A stretch of DNA of 64,000 nt from Eledone cirrhosa (Eukaryota), in assembly GCA_964016885.1 (NCBI GenBank), contig OZ024743.1, forward strand, positions 67,146,001 through 67,210,000. The letters run 5' to 3'. Of this stretch, positions 1 through 15,767 are shown piece after piece. The translations under genes and the position numbers were made by a program. The first letter of the stretch is position 1, and every line of letters begins with the position of its first letter. The notes below the pieces were generated by a model. That model ran no database searches and was not told the origin of the DNA. It was given only the letters and a program-made list of their open reading frames with translations.

Positions 1-1800
1 ACACAGGTATTCACCAACATAATATAAACAACACCACTGGTATACAACAACATAATATAAACAACAACACTGATATACAACAACATAATATAAACAAAAA
101 ACACTGGTATACAACAACATAACAATATAAACAACACTGGTATACACTAACATGACCATATAAACAACAACATGGGTATACAACAACATAATATAAACAA
201 CAACACTGGTATACAACAACATAATATAAACAACAACACTGGTATACAACAGCATAATATAAACAACAGCCATGCTATACAACATGATATAAACAACAAC
301 ACTAGTATACAACAACATAATATAAACAACGTCACTCGTACACAACAACATAATATAAACAACAACACTGGTATACAACAACATAATATAAACAAACAAG
401 GTCACTAGTATACAACAACATATATAAACAACGTCACTGGTATCCAACAACATAATATAAACAACATCACTGGTATACAACAACATAATATAAACAACGA
501 CACTGGTATACAACAATATAATATAAACAACAACACTGGTATACAATAACATAATATGAACAACAACATAATATAAACAACAGCAATGGTATACAACAAC
601 ATAATATAAATAAACAGCACTGGTATACAACAACATAATATAAACAACGTCACTCGTACACAACAACATAATATAAACAACATCACTGGTATACAACAAC
701 ATAATATAAACAACCACACTGGTATACAACAACATAATATAAACAACAACACTGGTATACAACAACAAAATATAAACAACGCCACCCGTATTCAACAACA
801 TAATATAAACAACGTCACTGGTATACATCAACAATATAAACAGCCACACTGGTATACAACACCATAATATAAACAACAACACTGGTATACAACAACATAA
901 TATAAACAACACCACTCGTATACAACAACATAATATAAACAACGTCACTGGTATACATCAACATAATATAAACAACAGCACTGGTATACAACAACATAAA
1001 ATAAACAACATCACTAGTATACAACAACATACTATAAACAACACTGGTATACAACAACATAATATAAACAACAACAATAGTATACAACAACATAATATAA
1101 ACAACATTATTGGTATACAATAACATAACAATATAAACAACGACACTAGTATACAACAACATAAGAATATCAACAACAACACTGGTATACAACAACATAA
1201 TATAAACAAGTCACCGGTATACAATAAAATAACAATGTAAACAACAACACTGGTATACAACAACGTAATATAAACAACAAAATTAGTATACAACCGCATA
1301 ATATAAACAACACTGGTATACAACAACATAATATAAACAACACTGGTATACAATAACATAATATAAAAGACAACACTGGTATACAATAACATAATATAAA
1401 CAACAATACTGGTATACAACACCATAATATAAACAACAATGGTATACAACAACATAATATAAACAACAATTGTATACAACAACAATATAAACAACAACAT
1501 TGGTATACAACAACATAATATAAACAACGACACTGGTATACAATAACATAACATAAACAACAACGCTGGTATACAACACCATAAACATATAAACAACAAC
1601 GCTGGTATACAACAACATAATATAAACAACATCACTGGTATACAACAGCATAATATAAACAACAACACTGGTATACAACAAAATAATAAAAAAACATCAA
1701 CACTGGTATACAACAACATAATATAAACCACAACACTGGTATCCAACAACATAATATAAACCACAACACTGGTATACAACAACATAATATAAAGAACAAC
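1..1800. repeat. Degenerate ~33-bp minisatellite (CAACACTGGTATACAACAACATAATATAAACAA)
   Basis: Unit with a CTGGTATACA anchor recurs every ~30-36 bp and runs off the left edge; it explains the Cys/Tyr/Val-rich ORFs. Confidence 0.95.
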
Positions 1801-2460
1801 ACGGTAAAATAAGAAATGCGGTAAAATAAGAGAAATACGGTAAAATAATAGAAATACTGTAAAATATTTGAGAAAATATGAAGAGAAAATAGATTAAATT
1901 GTTATTGTTTTTTGAATAAAAGGAGAATTGGAGGAAGAGAAAGACAAAAGGAGTTAATAGATAGAGGGAGGGAACTGGTGTTGGTAGTAGATAAGGTAAG
2001 AAGGGAAGAAGTTGTGAGGGGAGGAGAGGAGGAAAAAGGAGAGTTGGAGGTGGAAGAAGGAAGGATGAAAAGAAGAGAGGGAGTGGATGAGAGAAAGTGG
2101 GAGGATAAAATAAAACAAGGAAGATAGAAAGGAGTAAAAAAAAATGTATTTATATAGAATACAACAATAACAACAACAGGATGAGAGTGAGTGAGAGAGA
2201 GTGAGAGTGAATGAGAGAGAGTGAAGGAGAGTGAGTGAGTGAGTGAGAGTGAGAGAGAGAATGAGTGAGAGAGAATGAGTGAGAGAGAGAGAGAGGGAGA
2301 ATGTGAGTGAGTGAGTGAGTGAGAAATAACAATATCAGCAGCAGTAAAAATAATAATGAAATAACAACAACAACAATGACAACAACAGCAACAATAAAAT
2401 CAATGATAAAAAACAACATGAACAACATTACATATAAAACATACAGAAATATAAAGCATA

Positions 2461-5400
2461 CAAGGACGGCAGTAACAACACCAATAACAACAATAAGGAC
2501 GGCAGTAACAATAACAATAACAACAATAAGGACGGCAGTAACAACACCAATAACAACAATAAGGACGGCAGTAACAATAACAATAACAACAATAAGGACG
2601 GCAGTAACAACACCAATAACAACAATAAGGACGGCAGTAACAATAACAATAACAACAATAAGGACGGCAGTAACAACACCAATAACAACAATAAGGACGG
2701 CAGTAACAATAACAATAACAACAATAAGGACGGCAGTAACAACACCAATAACAACAATAAGGACGGCAGTAACAATAACAATAACAACAATAAGGACGGC
2801 AGTAACAACAACAATAACAACAATAAGGACGGCAGTAACAATAACAATAACAACAATAAGGACGGCAGTAACAACAACAATAACAACAATAAGGACGGCA
2901 GTAACAACAACAATAACAACAATAAGGACGGCAGTAACAACACCAATAACAACAATAAGGACGGCAGTAACAATAACAATAACAACAATAAGGACGGCAG
3001 TAACAACACCAATAACAACAATAAGGACGGCAGTAACAATAACAATAACAACAATAAGGACGGCAGTAACAACACCAATAACAACAATAAGGACGGCAGT
3101 AACAATAACAATAACAACAATAAGGACGGCAGTAACAACACCAATAACAACAATAAGGACGGCAGTAACAATAACAATAACAACAATAAGGACGGCAGTA
3201 ACAACACCAATAACAACAATAAGGACGGCAGTAACAATAACAATAACAACAATAAGGACGGCAGTAACAATAACAATAACAACAATAAGGACGGCAGTAA
3301 CAACACCAATAACAACAATAAGGACGGCAGTAACAATAACAATAACAACAATAAGGACGGCAGTAACAATAACAATAACAACAATAAGGACGGCAGTAAC
3401 AACACCAATAACAACAATAAGGACGGCAGTAACAATAACAATAACAACAATAAGGACGGCAGTAACAACAACAATAACAACAATAAGGACGGCAGTAACA
3501 ATAACAATAACAACAATAAGGACGGCAGTAACAACAACAATAACAACAATAAGGACGGCAGTAACAACAACAATAACAACAATAAGGACGGCAGTAACAA
3601 CACCAATAACAACAATAAGGACGGCAGTAACAATAACAATAACAACAATAAGGACGGCAGTAACAATAACAATAACAACAATAAGGACGGCAGTAACAAC
3701 ACCAATAACAACAATAAGGACGGCAGTAACAACACCAATAACAACAATAAGGACGGCAGTAACAATAACAATAACAACAATAAGGACGGCAGTAACAATA
3801 ACAATAACAACAATAAGGACGGCAGTAACAATAACAATAACAACAATAAGGACGGCAGTAACAATAACAATAACAACAATAAGGACGGCAGTAACAACAC
3901 CAATAACAACAATAAGGACGGCAGTAACAATAACAATAACAACAATAAGGACGGCAGTAACAATAACAATAACAACAATAAGGACGGCAGTAACAACAAC
4001 AATAACAACAATAAGGACGGCAGTAACAACACCAATAACAACAATAAGGACGGCAGTAACAATAACAATAACAACAATAAGGACGGCAGTAACAACACCA
4101 ATAACAACAATAAGGACGGCAGTAACAACAACAATAACAACAATAAGGACGGCAGTAACAACAACAATAACAACAATAAGGACGGCAGTAACAATAACAA
4201 TAACAACAATAAGGACGGCAGTAACAACAACAATAACAACAATAAGGACGGCAGTAACAACAACAATAACAACAATAAGGACGGCAGTAACAACAACAAT
4301 AACAACAATAAGGACGGCAGTAACAACAACAATAACAACAATAAGGACGGCAGTAACAATAACAATAACAACAATAAGGACGGCAGTAACAACAACAATA
4401 ACAACAATAAGGACGGCAGTAACAACAACAATAACAACAATAAGGACGGCAGTAACAACAACAATAACAACAATAAGGACGGCAGTAACAACACCAATAA
4501 CAACAATAAGGACGGCAGTAACAACACCAATAACAACAATAAGGACGGCAGTAACAACACCAATAACAACAATAAGGACGGCAGTAACAACACCAATAAC
4601 AACAATAAGGACGGCAGTAACAATAACAATAACAACAATAAGGACGGCAGTAACAACACCAATAACAACAATAAGGACGGCAGTAACAACACCAATAACA
4701 ACAATAAGGACGGCAGTAACAACACCAATAACAACAATAAGGACGGCAGTAACAATAACAATAACAACAATAAGGACGGCAGTAACAACACCAATAACAA
4801 CAATAAGGACGGCAGTAACAACACCAATAACAACAATAAGGACGGCAGTAACAACACCAATAACAACAATAAGGACGGCAGTAACAACACCAATAACAAC
4901 AATAAGGACGGCAGTAACAATAACAATAACAACAATAAGGACGGCAGTAACAACACCAATAACAACAATAAGGACGGCAGTAACAATAACAATAACAACA
5001 ATAAGGACGGCAGTAACAACACCAATAACAACAATAAGGACGGCAGTAACAATAACAACAATAAGGACGGCAGTAACAACACCAATAACAACAATAAGGA
5101 CGGCAGTAACAATAACAATAACAACAATAAGGACGGCAGTAACAATAACAATAACAACAATAAGGACGGCAGTAACAATAACAATAACAACAATAAGGAC
5201 GGCAGTAACAACACCAATAACAACAATAAGGACGGCAGTAACAATAACAACAATAAGGACGGCAGTAACAACACCAATAACAACAATAAGGACGGCAGTA
5301 ACAATAACAATAACAACAATAAGGACGGCAGTAACAATAACAACAATAAGGACGGCAGTAACAACACCAATAACAACAATAAGGACGGCAGTAACAATAA

Positions 5401-8043
5401 CAATAACAACAATAAGGACGGCAGTAACAATAACAACAATAAGGACGGCAGTAACAACACCAATAACAACAATAAGGACGGCAGTAACAATAACAATAAC
5501 AACAATAAGGACGGCAGTAACAATAACAACAATAAGGACGGCAGTAACAACACCAATAACAACAATAAGGACGGCAGTAACAATAACAATAACAACAATA
5601 AGGACGGCAGTAACAATAACAACAATAAGGACGGCAGTAACAACACCAATAACAACAATAAGGACGGCAGTAACAATAACAATAACAACAATAAGGACGG
5701 CAGTAACAATAACAATAACAACAATAAGGACGGCAGTAACAATAACAATAACAACAATAAGGACGGCAGTAACAATAACAATAACAACAATAAGGACGGC
5801 AGTAACAACACCAATAACAACAATAAGGACGGCAGTAACAATAACAATAACAACAATAAGGACGGCAGTAACAACACCAATAACAACAATAAGGACGGCA
5901 GTAACAATAACAACAATAAGGACGGCAGTAACAACACCAATAACAACAATAAGGACGGCAGTAACAATAACAATAACAACAATAAGGACGGCAGTAACAA
6001 TAACAACAATAAGGACGGCAGTAACAATAACAATAACAACAATAAGGACGGCAGTAACAACACCAATAACAACAATAAGGACGGCAGTAACAATAACAAC
6101 AATAAGGACGGCAGTAACAACACCAATAACAACAATAAGGACGGCAGTAACAACACCAATAACAACAATAAGGACGGCAGTAACAATAACAATAACAACA
6201 ATAAGGACGGCAGTAACAATAACAACAATAAGGACGGCAGTAACAACACCAATAACAACAATAAGGACGGCAGTAACAATAACAATAACAACAATAAGGA
6301 CGGCAGTAACAATAACAACAATAAGGACGGCAGTAACAACACCAATAACAACAATAAGGACGGCAGTAACAATAACAATAACAACAATAAGGACGGCAGT
6401 AACAATAACAACAATAAGGACGGCAGTAACAACACCAATAACAACAATAAGGACGGCAGTAACAATAACAATAACAACAATAAGGACGGCAGTAACAATA
6501 ACAACAATAAGGACGGCAGTAACAACACCAATAACAACAATAAGGACGGCAGTAACAATAACAATAACAACAATAAGGACGGCAGTAACAATAACAACAA
6601 TAAGGACGGCAGTAACAACACCAATAACAACAATAAGGACGGCAGTAACAATAACAATAACAACAATAAGGACGGCAGTAACAATAACAACAATAAGGAC
6701 GGCAGTAACAACACCAATAACAACAATAAGGACGGCAGTAACAATAACAATAACAACAATAAGGACGGCAGTAACAATAACAATAACAACAATAAGGACG
6801 GCAGTAACAATAACAATAACAACAATAAGGACGGCAGTAACAATAACAATAACAACAATAAGGACGGCAGTAACAACACCAATAACAACAATAAGGACGG
6901 CAGTAACAATAACAATAACAACAATAAGGACGGCAGTAACAACACCAATAACAACAATAAGGACGGCAGTAACAATAACAACAATAAGGACGGCAGTAAC
7001 AACACCAATAACAACAATAAGGACGGCAGTAACAATAACAATAACAACAATAAGGACGGCAGTAACAATAACAACAATAAGGACGGCAGTAACAATAACA
7101 ATAACAACAATAAGGACGGCAGTAACAACACCAATAACAACAATAAGGACGGCAGTAACAATAACAACAATAAGGACGGCAGTAACAACACCAATAACAA
7201 CAATAAGGACGGCAGTAACAACACCAATAACAACAATAAGGACGGCAGTAACAATAACAATAACAACAATAAGGACGGCAGTAACAACACCAATAACAAC
7301 AATAAGGACGGCAGTAACAATAACAACAATAAGGACGGCAGTAACAACACCAATAACAACAATAAGGACGGCAGTAACAATAACAATAACAACAATAAGG
7401 ACGGCAGTAACAACACCAATAACAACAATAAGGACGGCAGTAACAATAACAATAACAACAATAAGGACGGCAGTAACAATAACAACAATAAGGACGGCAG
7501 TAACAATAACAATAACAACAATAAGGACGGCAGTAACAACACCAATAACAACAATAAGGACGGCAGTAACAACAACAATAACAACAATAAGGACGGCAGT
7601 AACAACACCAATAACAACAATAAGGACGGCAGTAACAATAACAATAACAACAATAAGGACGGCAGTAACAACAACAATAACAACAATAAGGACGGCAGTA
7701 ACAATAACAATAACAACAATAAGGACGGCAGTAACAACACCAATAACAACAATAAGGACGGCAGTAACAACAACAATAACAACAATAAGGACGGCAGTAA
7801 CAACACCAATAACAACAATAAGGACGGCAGTAACAATAACAATAACAACAATAAGGACGGCAGTAACAACACCAATAACAACAATAAGGACGGCAGTAAC
7901 AACAACAATAACAACAATAAGGACGGCAGTAACAATAACAATAACAACAATAAGGACGGCAGTAACAACACCAATAACAACAATAAGGACGGCAGTAACA
8001 ACACCAATAACAACAATAAGGACGGCAGTAACAATAACAACAA
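2461..8043. repeat. Highly homogeneous 33/27-bp minisatellite (AGGACGGCAGTAACAACACCAATAACAACAATA and variants)
   Basis: Invariant AAGGACGGCAGTAAC anchor; three 33-bp variants (..ACAACACCA.., ..ACAATAACA.., ..ACAACAACA..) and a 27-bp deletion variant. Confidence 0.98.
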
Positions 8044-8880
8044 CAGGAACTGAATAATGAATACCATCAACAACAGCCTCAGTAACAATAGCAACAACAA
8101 CTACAGAAACAACAACTGCAGTGACAGCAACAACAACAACAACAACACCAACAACAACTACAGTAACAACAACTGCTGTGACAGCAACAACAACTACAGT
8201 AACAACAACTGCTATCACAGCAACAACTGCAGTAACAACAACACCACCAGCAGTAACAACAGCAGTAAAAGCAACAAAAGCAACAACAACTGCAGTAACA
8301 GCAACAACAGCAACAGCAACAGCAACCACAACTGCAGTAACAGCAACAACAACAGCTGCAGTAACAGCAACAACAACAACAACAACACCAGCAGTAGCAA
8401 CAACAACAACAACAACAACACCAACAACTGCAGTAACAATAACAACAACAATATATATGTATATATATATATATATATATATAAATAAACAAAACAATGA
8501 CCCCACAACCACCACAGTAACAACAATAACAACAACAACAACAATTACATCTGCAGTACTATCAACAACAACAATGAAACTATCAAAACAAACAACAAAA
8601 ACAACATATACTACCACTAACAACAGCAATGACGGAATATTGTAAAACAACGATGAAAAATAACAAAAAGAAAAAACAACAGTAACAACAATAACAACAG
8701 AATCAACAATGATAAAAAAAAACAATAACAACAGTAACAACGAAAACAACAACAGTAACAACAAAAACGACGAAATCAACAATAAGAAAAACACAATAAC
8801 AATAACAACAATCACAACAACAGTAACAACAATAACAACAACAGTAACAACAATAACAACAAAATCAACAAAGCGAAGTA
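8044..8880. repeat. (AAC)n-rich low-complexity tract
   Basis: AAC/AGC/AAT triplet runs. Confidence 0.9.
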
Positions 8881-8929
8881 GTAACAAACGCCTCCTCTTC
8901 TTACAAGTGTAAGAATGAAAACACACGCC

Positions 8930-10822
<1,893 letters not shown>

Positions 10823-10828
<6 letters not shown>

Positions 10829-11075
10829 AGATTTATCAGATCTAAATACAAACTTATGAGAAGAACAACGGCTCTGGCTACCCGAATATGGTGGCTTAAA
10901 GCCATTAACATACCATAGAAGATAGAAAGGAGCATCTTGGACAAGACTGAGCCATACATTAAATGAACTATAAGGTGTTCACTTTGTATTGGTGAGAAAT
11001 ACAGAATATTGCAGGGTTTAAAGCCCTCCTCCAAATATCTGAACAATATACCTGATGTGTTACACCATGAACACT
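10823..11075 (+). pseudogene. Penelope-like element GIY-YIG endonuclease C-terminal remnant
   Basis: Hand translation from 10823: MRRFIRSKYKLMRRTTALATRIWWLKAINIP*KIERSILDKTEPYIK*TIRCSLCIGEKYRILQG..YLN. This fits the recalled PLE motif T.LS..IW.LK...I.WSILDKA.PY..G..RC.LC..EKY.I...LLN; two in-frame stops. Confidence 0.75.
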
Positions 11076-11271
11076 TGAACATACATGAACACATGAGCAG
11101 CATGTGCCAGTAATGTCACAACCCTACAACCAACTTAAATAATTCCACACCAGCATACGTATAGTTGCATAGACACATACATATACTATGTTTCGCAAAT
11201 ACAACTTATTGCTTTTTTATTAAGTACAATATTAGCAAGAATTTACAATTCCTGAATAATAATAAAAAAAA

Positions 11272-11451
11272 TTATTTTTTCTACTTGTGGCACAAGGCCA
11301 GGAATTACACAGTGCATTACTGGTACTTTATTTTATCGACCCCGTAAGGATGAAAGCAAAGTTAGCCTCGGTGAGATTTGAACTCAGAATGGCAAGGGCC
11401 GTAACTCTATGCGTCAAAGCATGGCGTCCGACCCTCTACTGATTCTGCCAA
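11272..11451 (-). mobile_element. tRNA-derived SINE family A
   Basis: Minus strand reads A-box-like TGGCAGAATCAGTAGA, B-box GAGTTCAAATCTC, core TTTCATCCTTACGGGGTCGATAAAATAAAGTACCAG and the family tail. Confidence 0.88.
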
Positions 11452-11777
11452 AGGCCCAGAGTTTGCAAAAGGGATATCGTGTAGAAAACGTCAACCATCT
11501 TTGTATTATAGTTGCCTCAATCAACATCTCGCATGCCACAACCTAAGCCACACGCGGGAGTGAAACCAATGGTAGTATCTATGTAAATTATAAATACATA
11601 TATATTTGTAATTTATTTATTTAATCAATTTAAAAGTCTGTATAGAGCTAGTAAGACCTAGCAGACTAGACGAAATATCTAATATTTCTACAGATGAGAA
11701 ACAAAAAACAAGATAAACAGAGATAAGTGATATAAAAATATAAATAATCAGGTTACAATACATAGACCATCTATGTA

Positions 11778-11954
11778 AATAATTGTTCCTATTATTGGCA
11801 CAAGGCCAGCAATTACCCAGTACATTACTGGTACTTTATTTTATCAACCCCGTAAGGATGAAAGGAAAAGTTAACCTCGGCGGGATTTGAACTCAGACCG
11901 TAAAGAGACGTAACTATGCTAGAGAGCATGGCGCCCAAGCCTCTACCGATACTG
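11778..11954 (-). mobile_element. tRNA-derived SINE family A
   Basis: Colinear with the other family A copies; B-box GAGTTCAAATCCC; ATT-rich tail. Confidence 0.88.
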
Positions 11955-12579
11955 ATGGTGATTGAGTTACGCTTTTCACCGTTTTTATTTCTCCCTTGTA
12001 CATTTTCTGCGCATCTTTGTAGAAACATATGTTACAAGAACAAAATATCTTTTACATCTCAAATATTCATCCATATATATCAATGAAAATAGGAGACCTT
12101 ATTCCAATATATTTCTTTAATTTTTCCACCAAACAAAATACGTATTTCTATCGTCAGCTTACGTCATCGTACCATGAGGCAAATATTCGCCGTCGTCATC
12201 AGATATTATAATCATAGCAGTTTAAAAAATGTAGTTCAATAATCCCTACTGGGTTATAGCAAAATATAAAACAGACCCTCCAGCCATACAATCATTCCAT
12301 TCTACGGATGATCTCCGTCGTAGTGATCTCATCGCAACTTCAATGAAAATAATTCCAATATATTCCTTTAAAGTATTTAACTCTGTTCATGCCCCAGCCA
12401 CGAGATATTTAATAACGCTAAAGTAAATTTAACAGTTTAGTCTGTATTTAAATCGCTAATATGACTTTCCTGCGGAATTGTTGCAGTTTCAACATACGAC
12501 TTCAGATAAGTCAACTCTGAAATAAATAAACACAGAGAGAGACAGAGAGAGAGAGATAGAGAGAGAGAAGGACGGACAC

Positions 12580-12658
<79 letters not shown>

Positions 12659-12790
12659 AATTTGGTGGTTCACCACTGGGTAGAATTGGTCATTCTGAAA
12701 TGTTAACCTTAATGTAATAGTAGGAAAGCACTCAACGTTACGCATCTCATCCATTTTTGATGCTGAATCCTATTGGTGGTACGAGAGTAG

Positions 12791-12837
<47 letters not shown>

Positions 12838-12881
12838 AAAAGGGGATATTCAATTTGTTGGTAATTCAACAAATATAAATG

Positions 12882-12930
<49 letters not shown>

Positions 12931-12933
<3 letters not shown>

Positions 12934-13150
12934 CGAAGGTGTTGAGGTAAGGAACCAGATGGACCATAACGCACCAAAGTACTCAATACTTAGGGTAGTA
13001 GGGTGGGTAATAGGAAAAAGTATGACCCCGACGGCAGAGCTCAAGCCGTTTCGGCGGCTATTTCTGGAACCAGAAATAGCCGTTGAATAGCGTCCAGAAA
13101 TAGCCGTCGAAACGGCTTGAGCTCTGCCGTCGGGGTCATACTTTTTCCTA
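12931..13150 (-). mobile_element. Short non-coding element with hammerhead 3' half and ~58-bp foldback arms
   Basis: 13010-13068 is the reverse complement of ~13092-13150. Each arm reads GAAACGGC-ttgagctct-GCCGTC (stem III plus GUC). 12931-13000 is the reverse complement of 25971-26040. Flanked by (TA)n. Confidence 0.6.
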
Positions 13151-13309
13151 TATATATATTTGCTTCTGCTGGACATCACCAGAGTGCGTTAGCCTCCCGG
13201 TGTTTGCATAGCTACGGCTTCCTAAAACCGTATTTCTTTGGAGATACGAAATATTTATACATATTGTATAAAGCTATGCTTGAAGCGAAATCCTATTTCT
13301 TATATATAT

Positions 13310-14183
13310 ATATGATTATGTTGTTAGTGGTTGTGTTGGAATTGATCGTTTGATGGTAGTGTTGATAGTGCTTATGGTTGTGATGATGGTAGTTGTGATA
13401 GTTTTGGTGGTTGCCATGGAGCTAGTGGACACGAAGGGATTGTTGTTAGTTGAGATTTGTGATGGTTTTGATGGTATTTATGGCCGAGTTGTTACTGGTG
13501 TTGTTGTTGTTTTTAATTATGATGTTGTTATTGATGATGGTAGTTATGATGGCGTTGTTGGTGCTGTTTGTTGGTGCTGGTAGTTGTGATGACGTTGTTG
13601 TTGGTGTTTATGAAGATGTAGTTGTGATGGCGTCGTTGTTGGTGGTATTGTTGCTCGTAGTTGTGATGGCGTTGTTGTTGGCGGTATTGTTGCTGGTAGT
13701 TGTTATTGTTGTTGGTGGCGGTGGTGGTGGTGGTGGTATTGATGATGGTAGTTGTGATGTTGTTATTGGTGGTATTGTTGCTGGTAGTTGTGAGGATGTT
13801 GCTAGTGGCATTGATGCTAGTGGTTGTGATGGAGGTGTTGTTGTTGGTGGCATTGATGTTGCTAGTTGCGATGGTGTTGTTGTTGGTGGTGATATTAATG
13901 CTGGTAATTGTGATGTTGTTGTTGTTGGTGGTATTGTTGTTGGTGGTTGTGATGGTGTTATTGACGATAGTAGTTGTGATGGGTTGTTGTTATTGTTGTT
14001 GTTGTTATTGATGATGGTAATTGTGATGGTGTTATTGTTGCTGGTAGTTGTGATGGCGTTGTTGTTGGTGTTATTGTTGCTGGTAGTTGTGATGGCGTTG
14101 TTGTTGGTGTTATTGTTGCTGGTAGTTGTGATGGCGTTGTTGTTGGTGTTATTGTTGGTGTTGTTACTGGTAGTTGTGATGTC
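13310..14183. repeat. (GTT/GGT/GAT)n low-complexity tract with ~39-bp units near 14040-14183
   Basis: GCTGGTAGTTGTGATGGCGTTGTTGTTGGTG repeated. Confidence 0.85.
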
Positions 14184-15008
14184 GTTGATTAACAGTATTG
14201 TAAGTATGTCGGACAACATGCTTTGCGGCATTTATTCCGGATCTGTACGTTCTGTGTTCAAATACATCTGAGTTCAACAATGTCATTCCTCCTTCCATGA
14301 TCGATAAAATAAAGTACAAGTCACGTTGTAGCATCGATTTAATCGAATTTCCTTTCCCCAAATTTGTTGGCCTTATGCCTAAATCAGAAGCCATTATAGG
14401 GCGGTGGATTAGCAATATCGGTAAAGTGTCGGGTACCATGTTTAGTGGCATAGAGTTGTGGTTCTTGACGTTCTCAGTTCAAATCCAATCTACGTTAGCT
14501 TTGCCTTTCATCCTTACGTGGTCGATAAAATAAAGTACAAATAATGCACATGAGTCAACTTTTCCCTCCCCTGAAATTGCTACCCCAGTTCCTGAATCTG
14601 AACCTCAAGGGTGGTTGATTGGCAGTATCGGTAGAGGGTCGGACGCCATGCTTTACAGCACAGTTACGTCCCTTTACGGACTGAGTTCAAATCCCGCCGA
14701 GGTTAACTTTGCCGTTCATCCTTACGGGGTCGATAAAATAAAGTACCAGTAATATACAGGGTAATTGCTGGCGTTGTACCAATAGTAGAAACAATTATTA
14801 TTAGGCCGATTGATTCACAGTAGATTTATTCCGGGTCTATACGTTCTGAGTTCAAACACCGCTGAGTTCAATAATGTCATTTATCCTTCCATGATCGATA
14901 AAATACAGTATCAGGAACGTACTGGGGTCGATTTAATTGAATTTCCGCTTCGCCTCAATTGCGGGACTTGTGCCAAAGGTAGAAAAAACATACAATTAAA
15001 TATTATTA
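14184..15008 (+). mobile_element. Four head-to-tail SINE family A copies (~14184-14398, 14399-14604, 14608-14803, 14822-15008)
   Basis: Each has a B-box-like GTTCAAA and the CCTT..GATAAAAT core; 14608-14803 is near consensus, the others are diverged long variants. Confidence 0.85.
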
Positions 15009-15310
15009 GTGGTGGTAGTGGTGTTGGTGGTGTTGATGGTAGTGGGGTGGTAGTGATAGTGGTCGTGGTCATTGTGGTAGTGGTAGTGGTCGTGGTCATG
15101 GTGGTAGTGATGGTAGTATTAGTGTTCGTGGTGGTAGTGGTATTGATGGTGGTCGTGGTGGTAGTGGTGTTGATGGTGGTGGTGTTGGTGGTGGTAGTCG
15201 TCGTCGTCGTGGTAGTGGTGGTGGTGGTAGTGGTGGTAGCGGTGGTGGTGGTAGTAATGGTAGTGGTGGTAGTGGTGATGGTAGTGGTGGTGGTGGTAGT
15301 AGTGGTGATG
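15009..15310. repeat. (GGT/AGT)n tract
   Basis: Directly visible. Confidence 0.9.
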
Positions 15311-15589
15311 GAGTTGTGCTACAAGATGCGCTAGTATAATTGCTACTCTTCAATAAACTTTTTCATACGGGTTGTTTATTGTTTTGTTTTTATTTGTTGA
15401 TGTTGCAACGCCGAACGTATATTTGTGTGCCGTGGTCATGAGCGGTATATTGATTTAGTTTTATATTTTAAAAATAAGACTTACAAACAAATACATAACT
15501 GAAACCCCAGGGCTTGTACTTTCTGTTTCAGTTAAAAAGTTTTGGCTATCTCTTTTCCTAAATTTCTTTGTTTGGTTAATTTCATTCAA

Positions 15590-15739
15590 AGGTAGGCTTG
15601 GCTCGGTGCTTAAAGAGTTTGCTTCGTAAAAATACGGTTTTGTGTTCAGTCACACTGGGTGGCACAGAACTAGTGTTATCTATATAGATTCGAGTAGACT
15701 CTTGCTTTGTGAGGAATATCTGATTGACAGAAACTCTGA
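15590..15739 (+). mobile_element. Degenerate tRNA-derived SINE family C
   Basis: Head GGCTTGGCTCGGTGCTTAAAGAGTTTGCTTC..GTTCAGTC; body duplicated at 15982-16080. Confidence 0.6.
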
Positions 15740-15767
15740 ATGAAATTAGCTAACAGGATTCCATAAA

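Noticed and set aside
1-8043. CRISPR-like repeat/spacer appearance of the anchored arrays (also 47250-50090)
   Set aside because: Intervening sequences are not unique spacers, there are no cas genes, and the context is eukaryotic
14608-14700. tRNA genes at SINE heads
   Set aside because: A/B boxes are present but there is no complete cloverleaf, and each continues into a SINE body
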